From NCBI GenBank assembly GCA_020628545.1, contig JAHDEX010000005.1, positions 29,401 to 93,400 of the forward strand: a DNA stretch of 64,000 nucleotides, in the 5' to 3' direction. The position numbers and the translations under genes are program-made. This stretch comes from Paracoccaceae bacterium (GTDB taxonomy: Bacteria > Pseudomonadota > Alphaproteobacteria > Rhodobacterales > Rhodobacteraceae). Below are positions 8,443 to 18,189 of this stretch, one piece after another. The notes under the pieces are model-generated. The model saw only the letters and a program-made list of their open reading frames with translations, did not search any database and had not been told where the DNA came from. How positions within the stretch are numbered: the stretch's first letter is position 1; every line of letters starts with the position of its first letter.

Positions 8443-10155
8443 CTACTGAGAGCGATCCGCGACGTCGATCGGCTGTTCACCTTCCTCAACCAGAACCGCA
8501 TCGAGACCTTTTGAGAGCTTCATGCGAATGCGGTCGGCGTCTTCGTCGTTGGCCTCCATAAAGGAAAGCGCGCGGTTCCACTGGAACCTGGCTTCGGTCG
8601 TGCGTCCGACCGCCCAATAGGCATCGCCAAGGTGATCGTTGATGACAGGGTCGACAGCCTCCAGCGCAGCGGCGTTTTCCAGATGCACTACGGCTTCGTC
8701 ATATTGACCCAGCTGGAAAAGCACCCAGCCGTAGCTGTCGACAATCGCGCCGTTCTCAGGCTGCGCCGCAACGGCGCGTTCGATCATCTGCAGCGCTTCA
8801 TCCAGCTTTTCGCCACGCTCAACCAGCGAATAGCCGAGGTAGTTGAGGATCTGTGGCTGGTTTGGGCGAATTTCGAGGGCGGCGCGAAAATCTGCTTCGG
8901 CTTCGGCCCATTTATCCAGTTGATGGAACGTCACAGCGCGGGTGTAGTGGACAATCCAGCGATCCGGGTTTGTCGGCTGATACCGCGCAAGCGCTTCGGA
9001 ATAGGCGGCATTGGCGCCTTCGGTGTCGCCTGACGCCCGCAGTGTGTCACCCATGGATACATAGACAGCTGGAAGGTTTGGGAAATCAAAGGTCATGCTG
9101 CGCAGGACTTCCCGCGCGCCTTCATAATTGCCGCCATCGCGCAGCGCTTCGGCCCGCCCAAGTTCCGCCAATGCAAATGCCGGGTCGCTGCGTGGCACGG
9201 CAGAGTAGGTGGCGCTCGCGAGGTCGAACCGCTGGAGGTTCTCCAAAAGCCCGGCCGTGAGCAAAAGCGTCTCAGTATGCTGCGGCGTAAGGTATTGCGC
9301 CATACGCGCGTAGATCAGGATGTAGTTGTCCGGCGCGTCGCCATTCAGCGCCTCTGCTACAGCGAGAAAGATTTCTGCGATCCCTTCGGCGGGCGAGGTG
9401 ATGACATCGTAAGGGACGGGTGATCCGTCGGAAATGCGGCTGCGGAGGTCGGTCAACCTGTCGTCCAGTCCGCGACCAAAGACCGTATCGATCAGATTGA
9501 CCGCGTCTTCGCGCCGATCAAGCTGTGCAAGGATCTGGGCATGCGCCATCGCGCTTCGGCGGTTGTGACGCAGACCGCCACTTTCTGTGGTCAGCTCAAA
9601 AATCTGCGCGGCATCTTCAAACCGGTCAATCGCAGCCAGTGCGAGTGCCTTGTGGTAGATCCCAAAGCTGCGCAGCCCCGAGGTTTCCGTGACCTCGTCA
9701 AAGCTCCGCATGGCTGCTTCGGTGTCGCCAACAGCCAATTGCGCCCAGGCCTTCGCAAGGCCATCAACAACCGGGCCGATGCCGCGACCGTCTTCAAGTT
9801 GGCTGAGAATATCGGCCCAAGTGCCCGCTTTTGCGGCCTCACCCATCGCGACAAGATTTGGCACCTGACGATTGTCGCCAAGATCAATCATCGCGGATGC
9901 AAGGCTTATCGCCTTGTTGAAATGGGCCTGCGATAGCTCTACCGTCAGCGCGTTTTCGAGGATAACAACGTTGGTTGGATCCGCGCGAAGCGCTTCTGCG
10001 TAGTACGATGCCCCAAATGAGAAATCTGCAGCAAGCCCCGCAGAGCGTCCCGCCAAATATGCACCTGCATCAGGAGTTGCGGTTTGTCCGAATGCGACCT
10101 GACCGCTCACAATCAGCGCCGCAATGGCTGCGCTGCACATCTTGCCTGTCTTCAT
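8443..10155 (-). CDS. Secreted tetratricopeptide-repeat (TPR) protein
   Basis: Signal peptide MKTGKMCSAAIAALIVSGQVAFGQ. Repeated TPR-like A..Y...A/G..A patterns run through the sequence. Trimmed from track ORF 8443..10224. Confidence 0.75.
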   Translation of the reverse strand: MKTGKMCSAAIAALIVSGQVAFGQTATPDAGAYLAGRSAGLAADFSFGASYYAEALRADPTNVVILENALTVELSQAHFNKAISLASAMIDLGDNRQVPNLVAMGEAAKAGTWADILSQLEDGRGIGPVVDGLAKAWAQLAVGDTEAAMRSFDEVTETSGLRSFGIYHKALALAAIDRFEDAAQIFELTTESGGLRHNRRSAMAHAQILAQLDRREDAVNLIDTVFGRGLDDRLTDLRSRISDGSPVPYDVITSPAEGIAEIFLAVAEALNGDAPDNYILIYARMAQYLTPQHTETLLLTAGLLENLQRFDLASATYSAVPRSDPAFALAELGRAEALRDGGNYEGAREVLRSMTFDFPNLPAVYVSMGDTLRASGDTEGANAAYSEALARYQPTNPDRWIVHYTRAVTFHQLDKWAEAEADFRAALEIRPNQPQILNYLGYSLVERGEKLDEALQMIERAVAAQPENGAIVDSYGWVLFQLGQYDEAVVHLENAAALEAVDPVINDHLGDAYWAVGRTTEARFQWNRALSFMEANDEDADRIRMKLSKGLDAVLVEEGEQPIDVADRSQ

Positions 10156-10384
10156 GTTCGTCTTTGCCCGCTCGTTTGTCCCGCCCCCGCATAAAAGCCT
10201 AGGTGAGGTCGCCGCGCCATGCAAACGATCCCTTACGGCAGCGCGAAATTGTCACAGTTTCGTGTCATCTGCGTGTGCGCGAAGGCTCGCAAGTGGGAAG
10301 ATCGCGGCAGAGTTCTCCTCGACTCTACAGATCTGTGCCGTCATGCTCTGTCCATTGTTGGAAGAAATAACCAGGGAGGGTGCA

Positions 10385-11122
10385 ATGTCTTTGATGAATA
10401 CAGTGACGAAAATGGCCATTGGGTTTGCGATGGCAAAAGGGATGGACGCCATCAACAAGAACGGCGGTCTTGGGCAGCTGATGGAAGGCATGGCCAAAGG
10501 CGGCGGCACCCGGCAGGCCGGTGGCATGGGTGGCTTGAGTGACATTATGAAACAACTGGGCGGCGGCGGTGCCGCGCAAACCGCCGGTGCTGGTGGTGGA
10601 CTTGGTGGCTTGCTGGGCCAGTTGGCAGGTGGCGGCGGTGGCGCTGCGGCGGGTGGTCTTGGCGGTCTCGGAGGCCTGCTCGGCGGGATTGCTGGCGCGC
10701 GTGGCGGAAGCGCTGGTAACGGCCTTGAAAGCATGCTGGCAGCAGACAATCCGGCGAATGAGCCTGATGAAGAAGAAGTTGCGCAGTTGATGATGCGTGC
10801 GATGGTGCAAGCTTCGCAGGCTGACGGCGCGATTGATCCGGGCGAGCGGGAAAACCTGATGACACTGCTAAAGGACAGTGACCCGCAGGACGTGGCGACA
10901 GTGCAGCGCTTGCTGGATAGTCCGGTGGACCCAAAGGGATTGGCCGCTGACACCCCGAAAGGTCTGGAAACGCAGGTTTATTCTATGGCGGTCAATGCGA
11001 TCACCCCGGACAATCAGGCTGAGGCGCAGTATCTGCATGAGTTGGGAACAGCATTGGGCATTCGGCCAGAGACAGCCAACCAGATCCACGACAGCCTAGG
11101 CGCACCGCGCATCTACGCATGA
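10385..11122 (+). CDS. DUF533 / TerB-fold (YebE-like) protein with a Gly-rich linker
   Basis: SD GGGAGGG precedes ATG 10385. The C-terminal half matches the YebE pattern (..ASQADGAIDPGERENL..PVDP..LA..E..YL..LG.AL.I). The middle is a poly-Gly/Ala/Leu low-complexity region. Confidence 0.75.
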   Translation: MSLMNTVTKMAIGFAMAKGMDAINKNGGLGQLMEGMAKGGGTRQAGGMGGLSDIMKQLGGGGAAQTAGAGGGLGGLLGQLAGGGGGAAAGGLGGLGGLLGGIAGARGGSAGNGLESMLAADNPANEPDEEEVAQLMMRAMVQASQADGAIDPGERENLMTLLKDSDPQDVATVQRLLDSPVDPKGLAADTPKGLETQVYSMAVNAITPDNQAEAQYLHELGTALGIRPETANQIHDSLGAPRIYA

Positions 11123-11133
11123 ATTAAGCGTCG

Positions 11134-11160
11134 GAGAGCACCCGCGAAGCGGTGCTCTTC
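11134..11160 (+). terminator. Hairpin terminator after the DUF533 gene
   Basis: Stem AGAGCACC / GGTGCTCT with an 8-nt loop, followed by TCGGTCT. The T-tail is weak. Confidence 0.5.
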
Positions 11161-11436
11161 GGTCTCTGCCTGCCTCATTTGATCACCATTCGGTGCCAAG
11201 ATGACACGGAATATCGCGACAATTCCCTCGTCTTGCCACAAACTAAGGCGACACCGGGGGCGCGACCTTCCGCTACGTCAGATGCGTGAGTGGCCGAGGG
11301 CTTTGGTGAGTTTGCTGTTAAATGGTTGGTGACGAGTGCCTGGGGTAAACAGGCAAGCGCGTTCGGCTTGCCGGTTTGGGACGGCGTCAACCGGTCATCG
11401 CGCGACCGCTTGACGCTGGTCCCTGACACTCACCGA

Positions 11437-13083
11437 TTACATATTCGGATAATTTGGCCCATCGCCGCCTTGTGGCGTTGTCCAAGTGATGTTCTGGCTT
11501 GGATCCTTGATGTCGCAGGTCTTGCAGTGGACGCAATTCTGGAAGTTGATCTGGAACTTCTGATCATCCCCTTCGCCTACGAATTCATAGACTCCGGCCG
11601 GGCAATAGCGCGCGGACGGGCCTGCATAAGTGGGCAGGTTCACTTTGACCGGAATGTCCGGGTCGGTCAGCTTGAGGTGCGCCGGCTGGCTTTCCTCGTG
11701 ATTGGTGAAGCTGAAAGCCACGTTGGTCAGGCGATCAAAGCTGATTTTGCCATCGGGCTTTGGATAGTCGATGGGTTTATGCTTGGACGCCGCTTCGGTT
11801 GATTCAGCGTCAGACTTGCCGTGGCCTTTTGTGCCGAAGATCGAAAAGCCGAAGGTGTTCGTCCACATGTCAAACCCGCCAAGGCCCAGCGCGCCGAGGA
11901 CGCCGTTGTTGGACTGGAATGGCTTCACGTTGCGGACTTTGTAAAGGTCCTGACCCACCGCGCCTTCGCGCAGTTCTTTGTTGTACGCTGTCAGTTCATC
12001 ACTCGCGCGCCCGTCCTTGATAGCGGCATGTGCTGCATCAGCGGCAGCGATGCCCGACAGCATCGCGTTGTGGTTACCCTTGATGCGTGGGACGTTCACG
12101 AGGCCCACAGAACAACCCAACAGCGCGCCGCCGGGGAAACAGGCCTTTGGCATCGACTGATAGCCGCCCTGCGCAATGGCTCGCGCGCCATAAGCCACGC
12201 GCTTGCCGCCTTCGAGGAGTTCTTTGATCTTCGGGTGATGCTTGAACCGCTGGAATTCCATGTATGGATAAACGTGCGGGTTCTTGTAGTTCAGCGCGGT
12301 CACCAGACCGATGAAGATCTGGTTATTTTCGGCGTGGTAGACGAATGACCCACCCGCCGCATTGCCACCAAGGGGCCAGCCGAGGGAGTGGAAAACCTCA
12401 CCTTCTTTATGCTTGGCCGGGTCGATGTCCCACACCTCTTTGATGCCGATTCCGTATTTCTGCGGCTCTGCGTCTTTGTCGAGCGCGTACTTCGCGATGA
12501 CCTCTTTCGACAGCGACCCGCGCACCCCTTCGGAGAGGAAGACGTATTTGCCGTGCAGTTCCATTCCGGGTTCGGTGTTCGGGCCGTAGGAGCCGTCGGC
12601 TTCCAGACCAAACACACCCGCCACGACGCCTTTGACCTCGCCGTTGTCGCCATAGACCAGCTCAGAGCAGGACATGCCAGGGAAGATTTCCACGCCGAGT
12701 TCTTCGGCTTGTTCGGCCATCCAGCGGCAGACCTGACCCATCGAAACGATGTAGTTGCCGTGGTTGTTCATCAGCGGCGGCATCGGCGTTGTTGGGATGC
12801 GCAGCGCACCAGCCTCACCCAGCATGTAGAACTTGTCGGTCTTGACCGGCACTTTGAGTGGCGCGCCTTTTTCTTTCCAATCGGGGATCAGCTTGGTCAG
12901 GCCAGTTGGGTCAAGCACGGCACCTGAAAGAATGTGCGCGCCAACCTCGGAGCCTTTTTCGAGGACCACAACATTGCAGTCGGGATCAAGCTGCTTCAAT
13001 CGGATCGCAGCAGACAGGCCAGCAGGGCCCGCGCCAACGATTACGACATCATATTCCATTGCCTCGCGTTCAATCTCCGCCAT
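11437..13083 (-). CDS. Electron-transfer flavoprotein:ubiquinone oxidoreductase (ETF-QO)
   Basis: FAD motif DVVIVGAGPAGLSAA and C-terminal 4Fe-4S region CVHCKTCDIKDP..GGDGPNYPNM. Start placed at MAEIEREAMEYD after an SD; the track ORF extends to 13164. Confidence 0.9.
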   Translation of the reverse strand: MAEIEREAMEYDVVIVGAGPAGLSAAIRLKQLDPDCNVVVLEKGSEVGAHILSGAVLDPTGLTKLIPDWKEKGAPLKVPVKTDKFYMLGEAGALRIPTTPMPPLMNNHGNYIVSMGQVCRWMAEQAEELGVEIFPGMSCSELVYGDNGEVKGVVAGVFGLEADGSYGPNTEPGMELHGKYVFLSEGVRGSLSKEVIAKYALDKDAEPQKYGIGIKEVWDIDPAKHKEGEVFHSLGWPLGGNAAGGSFVYHAENNQIFIGLVTALNYKNPHVYPYMEFQRFKHHPKIKELLEGGKRVAYGARAIAQGGYQSMPKACFPGGALLGCSVGLVNVPRIKGNHNAMLSGIAAADAAHAAIKDGRASDELTAYNKELREGAVGQDLYKVRNVKPFQSNNGVLGALGLGGFDMWTNTFGFSIFGTKGHGKSDAESTEAASKHKPIDYPKPDGKISFDRLTNVAFSFTNHEESQPAHLKLTDPDIPVKVNLPTYAGPSARYCPAGVYEFVGEGDDQKFQINFQNCVHCKTCDIKDPSQNITWTTPQGGDGPNYPNM

Positions 13084-13205
13084 GGCGCATCCTTTCTTCG
13101 GGTGAGGGCGTTCGCCCGCAACAATCTTTCGGCATGGCCTAACGGAAACCGAAAAACCGCGCAATCAAGACACGACGTCGCATCCCACGTCTGCGTCTCA
13201 AAACG

Positions 13206-13658
13206 TTACGTTGCCCGGTTTTCATCGAGGAAAATGCGCAGCTCCTGCAATATCGGCAGGACCGCTGCTATTTTTTCAGGCGGAAAAGCTGCAGCGACCC
13301 GCTGAAAATCGGGGCCCATCCGCGCGATCGTGTTTTCGCGCAGCGCGCGACCTGCCTCGGTCAGCCAAACCTGTTTGGACCGCGCATCGTCAGGATTGGG
13401 TCGCATGTCGATGAGGCCGTGCTTGCTCAGACCGGACAGCGTGTGTGTCATCGTGGTTTTGGGCACCTGAAAGGCGCGCGCCAGTTCCAGTGGCGTGCGC
13501 CCGTCCTGCACCCGGATCAGGTGGTTGAGAACCCCGAAGTGCGGCGCGATCAGTCCGTCGGGCAATCGCGCCTCAAGAAAGGCCCGGCTGAGCTGTTCAA
13601 TGATGCCGATTTCATTGAAAAGCGCGAAGTAGGCGGCTGGGCCGGTGGGTTGGGTCAA
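13206..13658 (-). CDS. MarR-family transcriptional regulator
   Basis: 150 aa winged-HTH (..LELARAFQVPKTTMTHTLSGLSKHGLIDMRPNPDDARSKQVWLTEAGRAL). It overlaps the upstream gene's stop by 4 nt. Confidence 0.85.
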   Translation of the reverse strand: MTQPTGPAAYFALFNEIGIIEQLSRAFLEARLPDGLIAPHFGVLNHLIRVQDGRTPLELARAFQVPKTTMTHTLSGLSKHGLIDMRPNPDDARSKQVWLTEAGRALRENTIARMGPDFQRVAAAFPPEKIAAVLPILQELRIFLDENRAT

Positions 13659-14767
13659 ATCAGGCGAGTCTCAAGTGGCCAGCGTGGCGTTTGCGGTGTT
13701 TGCGGACCGTAACCTACGCGGCCCAGCATTTGAACCGTCTCACCCGGCTTGGCGAGGAGGTCATGTGCCTTTTGATAATGCGCAGCCATTTGCGGGTATT
13801 CCTGCAGCGCTTGTGACACCGGATGCAACGCCAGCCCCATCTGTGTCGTCTTGAGGTTCAGCCGCAGCCATTGCCGCCCCGCGTCAAGCTGGTCAGCGCG
13901 CGTGTTGGTCTTGGACGTCAGCACCGCATAGGCCGGGGTGGCGTGTAACATCTCTTGATAGATGACCTCGCCCTGTTTGAAGCTTGTGCTGTTGGGGTCC
14001 ATCAGGCTGTCGCGTGTCAGCAGACCCGCCAGCATCAGCGACTCAAGAAACGTGCCGCCCATATCAATCCCGTCCGGGTTTGCGTTGATCTCGGCCTTGC
14101 CGAGGCGCATCAGATCGACGCTCTCTTTCATGGTTGGCGGGTAATACGTCTCGGTCAGCCACGCCTCCCACGTGAGGGTTTTGAGCGCTTCCACGTCTGC
14201 GGTATCGCTCTTGATGATCGCGAAGTCTTGCAATGTTGCGATCTGAGCGTTGCTGAGGAGTTGATCGGTGAATGGTTCCTTGCAGGAACGGCGGTTTGGG
14301 ATTGCCGCGAAGAGTGGGTCTTTCGTACCGCCGTTGGCGAAATGGGCGATGGCCGCGGGGCCGTCTTCGCCGTCCGGGTAGTAGTCGAAAGTGACGTCAT
14401 ATCCTGCCTCCGCCGCCGCAATGCGCATCTGTTCCAGAAAACACCCCAGGCTGATGACGAGTTGCCGGTGATAGGGGTCTGTTTCGGGTAGGTCGCGGTC
14501 AACGTCGCGCCAGATGATAACCTGATCGGGGGTGTTCAGATCAACGAGCCACGGCTGACGGTTGTGCGCGTTCGGGGCAAGGATGGCATGCGAAACCGCC
14601 CATTTGCGTGGGTCGGCATAGCCACTGGCAGCCGACCATGGGGCGAGTGCGTCATTTGGGGTGCGCGTTGCAGCAAAACCGGCGGCGGCACCGGATGCAG
14701 CGACAATTGTGCCACCACCAATAAGTGAGATGAATTTGCGTCGTGAGAGGGTCATGCGAATCTCCAT
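13655..14767 (-). CDS. Tat-signal nitroreductase-fold (Acg-like FMN-binding) protein
   Basis: Twin-arginine signal MTLSRRKFISLIGGGTIVAASGAAAGFAA. The body resembles the Acg/nitroreductase-like family (NAHNRQPW..). The start is either 14767 or 14755. Confidence 0.65.
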   Translation of the reverse strand: MEIRMTLSRRKFISLIGGGTIVAASGAAAGFAATRTPNDALAPWSAASGYADPRKWAVSHAILAPNAHNRQPWLVDLNTPDQVIIWRDVDRDLPETDPYHRQLVISLGCFLEQMRIAAAEAGYDVTFDYYPDGEDGPAAIAHFANGGTKDPLFAAIPNRRSCKEPFTDQLLSNAQIATLQDFAIIKSDTADVEALKTLTWEAWLTETYYPPTMKESVDLMRLGKAEINANPDGIDMGGTFLESLMLAGLLTRDSLMDPNSTSFKQGEVIYQEMLHATPAYAVLTSKTNTRADQLDAGRQWLRLNLKTTQMGLALHPVSQALQEYPQMAAHYQKAHDLLAKPGETVQMLGRVGYGPQTPQTPRWPLETRLI

Positions 14768-14806
14768 TAGTGCGATATCGAACTAAATAGTACGATGTCG
14801 CACTAA
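14767..14806. promoter_or_regulatory. Putative MarR operator: 9-bp perfect inverted repeat TTAGTGCGA-N22-TCGCACTAA
   Basis: Read directly. The arms are at 14767..14775 and 14798..14806, at and just upstream of the start codon of the nitroreductase-marR operon, in the region divergent from greA. Confidence 0.45.
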
Positions 14807-14905
14807 ATGCAAGAACCTGCTGAATGATGGCTCTTGCACTTGACTTTGCTCTGTCCACATAAGGTATCAACGCTGGACTGAAACTTCGCTCTGAAGGGAG
14901 CCGCC

Positions 14906-15376
14906 ATGGACAAGATACCGCTGACACGTGCCGGATTTGACAAGCTTGATGCAGAGCTCAAGCAGTTGAAGACCGAAGAACGTCCGGCGATCATTCGTGC
15001 GATTGCCGAAGCGCGGGAGCATGGCGACCTGTCCGAGAACGCGGAGTATCATTCCGCAAAGGAAAAGCAGTCTTTCATCGAAGGCCGGATCAAGGAATTG
15101 GAGGGCGTGATCTCTCTGGCGGAAATCATTGATCCGACAAAACTGTCGGGCTCTGTGAAGTTCGGGGCAACAGTGACGGTTGCCGACGAAGACACGGACG
15201 AGGAGAAGACCTATCAGATCGTTGGTGAATATGAGGCGGACATTGAAAAAGGTCTGCTAAATATGAAATCCCCGATTGCGCGTGCGCTGATTGGCAAAGA
15301 TGTCGGCGATAGCGCAGAAGTCCGCACGCCGGGCGGTGAGAAGTCTTACGAGATCATTGAGATCACCTATAAATAA
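14906..15376 (+). CDS. greA: Transcription elongation factor GreA
   Basis: 156 aa, [55 protein letters not shown].., canonical GreA. Confidence 0.93.
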   Translation: MDKIPLTRAGFDKLDAELKQLKTEERPAIIRAIAEAREHGDLSENAEYHSAKEKQSFIEGRIKELEGVISLAEIIDPTKLSGSVKFGATVTVADEDTDEEKTYQIVGEYEADIEKGLLNMKSPIARALIGKDVGDSAEVRTPGGEKSYEIIEITYK

Positions 15377-15403
15377 GCCGTCGTTGCCGGAGTAACGCAG
15401 CCA

Positions 15404-16369
15404 ATGGCGTCACATTTGCCTGACCCAGACCCGTCGCTGATCAGCCGCCGGACAGAAACCATCGCTTTGGTGCTGTCCGTCGGGTGGCTTCTTTTCGTGG
15501 TCGCCTTCTTCTGGTTCGTCCCCGTCAACATGGGTGACGAGGGGTTCGATTTCCTACGTTTTCTGATGGTGTTTCTGGGTATCTTCCTGCCTGTCGCCGT
15601 CATCTGGGTGGCGAGCCTTGTTGCCCGTAACGCCAGCGCGATGCGGCTTGAGACGCGGGCGTTGCAGGCCGAGATTGCGGCCTTGTCGGAAGAAGTCGCG
15701 CGCTCAAAGCATGCGGGGCCGCTGTCACCCGAAGCCTCGGTCGAGCGGAAGATGAGCAAGATCGCGCAGGCCGGCAAAAAGTCTGATCCAGCAGTTTCCA
15801 CCTTCAAGACGCAACGTGAGGCGGTTGGACTGCCTTCATCAGCCATGCAAGTGCAGCCGACGCTGGGGTTCGACCCACAGCCGGACGATGCGCTGGAACC
15901 CTTGCCGCGGGTTGATCTGATCCGGGCGCTGAACTTTCCCGATACGGATTCTGACTCCATCGGCTTTGCGGCGTTGCGAAAAGCGCTGAAGGACCCGACC
16001 TCGCGCAATCTGGTGCAAGCCAGTCAGGATGTGCTGACGCTGTTGTCGCAAGACGGCATCTATATGGACGACCTGTCGCCCGACCGGTCGCGGCCAGAAC
16101 TGTGGCGACGCTTTGCCCAAGGCGAACGCGGCCGCGCGATTGGCGGGCTTGGTGGGGTCCGGGACCGCACCTCGCTTGCACTCACGGCATCGCGGATGCG
16201 CGAAGACCCGATCTTTCGGGATGCCGCGCACCATTTTCTACGCCACTTCGACAAAATGCTTGTGTCGTTTGAGGCGGTCGCCACGGATGCCGAAATCATC
16301 GAACTGTCCAATACCCGCACAGCCCGCGCTTTTATGTTGCTGGGCCGGGTAACGGGGGCCTTCGATTGA
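15404..16369 (+). CDS. Conserved hypothetical membrane protein (2 TM helices + coiled coil + C-terminal globular region)
   Basis: 321-aa ORF with two N-terminal hydrophobic helices and a heptad-like LETRALQAEIAALSEEVARSK. Its stop overlaps the TTG start of the next gene. No family recognised. Confidence 0.6.
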   Translation: MASHLPDPDPSLISRRTETIALVLSVGWLLFVVAFFWFVPVNMGDEGFDFLRFLMVFLGIFLPVAVIWVASLVARNASAMRLETRALQAEIAALSEEVARSKHAGPLSPEASVERKMSKIAQAGKKSDPAVSTFKTQREAVGLPSSAMQVQPTLGFDPQPDDALEPLPRVDLIRALNFPDTDSDSIGFAALRKALKDPTSRNLVQASQDVLTLLSQDGIYMDDLSPDRSRPELWRRFAQGERGRAIGGLGGVRDRTSLALTASRMREDPIFRDAAHHFLRHFDKMLVSFEAVATDAEIIELSNTRTARAFMLLGRVTGAFD

Positions 16370-17295
16370 TCCAGGTCTTTTTGCAAACCGTGCCGTTCTT
16401 CGCAGTGATTGCACTGGGATACGGCGCTGTGCGCAGCGGGTTCTTCACGGCAGAGGCCACGGGGCATATCACCAAGTTCGTTTTCTACTTCGCGTTGCCC
16501 GCGATGCTCTTGAAGTTCGCCAGTAATCTGGACTTTGCAGATGTGCTCGATTGGGATTTCGTCGCGGCCTACTTCGTTGGGTCGCTCGCGATTTATCTGC
16601 TCGCAACGATTGTGGCGATGCTACGCGGCTTGCCTGTGGCAGAGGCGGCGATTGAAGCGCAGTGCTCGATTATCGGCAACGTCGGCTTTCTGGGCATCCC
16701 GATGCTGGCGCTGCTGCTTGGGCCAAGCTCTATCGGGCCGATCATGATGGTGCTGGCGGTCGACCTGATCTTTTTCGGATCGCTTGTAGTGATCCTGATC
16801 ACCGGGTCACGCGATGGGCGGTTGAGGCTTGGGACTTTGAAAGTGGTCGCATTGGGCGTGGCGAAAAACCCGATGGTCGTGTCTATCGTGATTGGGTTGA
16901 TGCTGTCGCGGTTCAACGTGCCGATCCCGAACGTCGCGAATGATCTGCTGGACATGCTGGGCGCTGCGGCGACGCCAGGGGCGTTATTCGCGATTGGTGG
17001 ATCACTCGCGGGCAAATCAGCAGAACGGGCCAGCGTGGCGGGGTGGCTCAGCGTTTGCAAGCTGGCGCTGCATCCTATCGCTGTTGGCCTGATGGCGTTT
17101 TTCGTCTTCGACGTTGATCCGGTTGCGGCGGGTGTCATGATCGCGGCGGCAGCCCTGCCGGTGGCGGGCAACGTCTATATCATCGCGCAGCACTACGGTG
17201 TGGCACCGGCCCGTGTCTCAACCGCGATTCTGTTCACAACGGTGATTAGCGTGGCGACGATCCCGCCCGTCATCGGGTGGGTGACAAGCCTCTAG
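16366..17295 (+). CDS. AEC-family (auxin efflux carrier) transporter
   Basis: 309 aa and polytopic. The N-terminus MIQVFLQTVPFFAVIALGYGAVRSGFF is typical of the AEC family. TTG start. Confidence 0.8.
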   Translation: MIQVFLQTVPFFAVIALGYGAVRSGFFTAEATGHITKFVFYFALPAMLLKFASNLDFADVLDWDFVAAYFVGSLAIYLLATIVAMLRGLPVAEAAIEAQCSIIGNVGFLGIPMLALLLGPSSIGPIMMVLAVDLIFFGSLVVILITGSRDGRLRLGTLKVVALGVAKNPMVVSIVIGLMLSRFNVPIPNVANDLLDMLGAAATPGALFAIGGSLAGKSAERASVAGWLSVCKLALHPIAVGLMAFFVFDVDPVAAGVMIAAAALPVAGNVYIIAQHYGVAPARVSTAILFTTVISVATIPPVIGWVTSL

Positions 17296-17339
17296 CGGTG
17301 GGGTAGCCGTTGAGCCGAACGATCATCGGGAGGCGCATC

Positions 17340-18167
17340 ATGGAAACCATCTCAGAAAACCGCAGTTTTGGTGGGACGCAGGGCGTTTACAAACATGCCT
17401 CTTCCGCGACCGGAACGGACATGACCTTTGGGTTGTTCATGCCGGCGGAGGCCGCCGATGGCCCGGTGCCCGTGCTGTGGTATCTGTCGGGCCTCACCTG
17501 CACCCACGCGAACGCAATGGAGAAGGCGGGCGCGCAATCCTGGGCCGCAGAGCAAGGGATCGCGGTGATCTTCCCCGACACCTCTCCGCGCGGTGAAGGC
17601 GTGCCAGATGATGAGGCTTACGATCTGGGGCAGGGCGCCGGGTTCTACGTCGACGCGTCAGAGGCACCGTGGTCAAAGCATTTCAAGATGTGGAGCTATA
17701 TCGCAGAAGATCTGCCGAGCGTTGTGGCCGAGAACTTCGCACTCGACATGGACCGTCAGGCGATCACCGGGCATTCGATGGGTGGCCACGGGGCGCTGAC
17801 CTTTGCGATGGCGCTGCCGGGGCGGTTCCGGTCCGTCTCGGCGTTTGCACCCATTTGCCATCCCACAAAGAGCGACTGGGGCCGCAAACAGTTCGCGGCC
17901 TATTGGGGCGATGAGGCCAATTGGGGACCCCATGATGCGACATTGTTGATGCAGGGTGGCGGCTTTGATGGCCCAATGCTGATCGACACCGGCACGGACG
18001 ATCAGTTCTTTGACCTGCTTGGGACCCATCACCTTGCGGCCGCGATGGCAGAGGCCAAACAGGAAGGGCAAATTCGGCTGCAGAAGGGCTACGACCATTC
18101 CTACTACTTCGTCTCAACCTTCATGGAAGACCACATCGCCTTCCATGCTGAGGCACTATACGCGTGA
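17340..18167 (+). CDS. fghA: S-formylglutathione hydrolase (esterase D)
   Basis: [21 protein letters not shown].. N-terminus, [10 protein letters not shown], and nucleophile elbow [10 protein letters not shown]. Trimmed from track ORF 17310..18167. Confidence 0.88.
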   Translation: METISENRSFGGTQGVYKHASSATGTDMTFGLFMPAEAADGPVPVLWYLSGLTCTHANAMEKAGAQSWAAEQGIAVIFPDTSPRGEGVPDDEAYDLGQGAGFYVDASEAPWSKHFKMWSYIAEDLPSVVAENFALDMDRQAITGHSMGGHGALTFAMALPGRFRSVSAFAPICHPTKSDWGRKQFAAYWGDEANWGPHDATLLMQGGGFDGPMLIDTGTDDQFFDLLGTHHLAAAMAEAKQEGQIRLQKGYDHSYYFVSTFMEDHIAFHAEALYA

Positions 18168-18189
18168 TGTTCCTACAACGGGTGCCCGG

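Noticed and set aside
10252-10953. 233-aa Pro/Ala/Ser-rich ORF that could be read as a proline-rich secreted protein.
   Set aside because: It is the reverse complement of the Gly-rich linker of the DUF533 gene, so it is an artefact of GGN/GCN repeats.
11285-11330. GTGGCCGAGG string resembling the D-arm of tRNA-Ser/Leu, in the convergent gap between the DUF533 gene and the ETF-QO gene.
   Set aside because: No T-arm (GTTCGAATC-like) or acceptor pairing follows, so no cloverleaf can be drawn. The 84-aa track ORF here (11175..11429) also has no SD or family signal.
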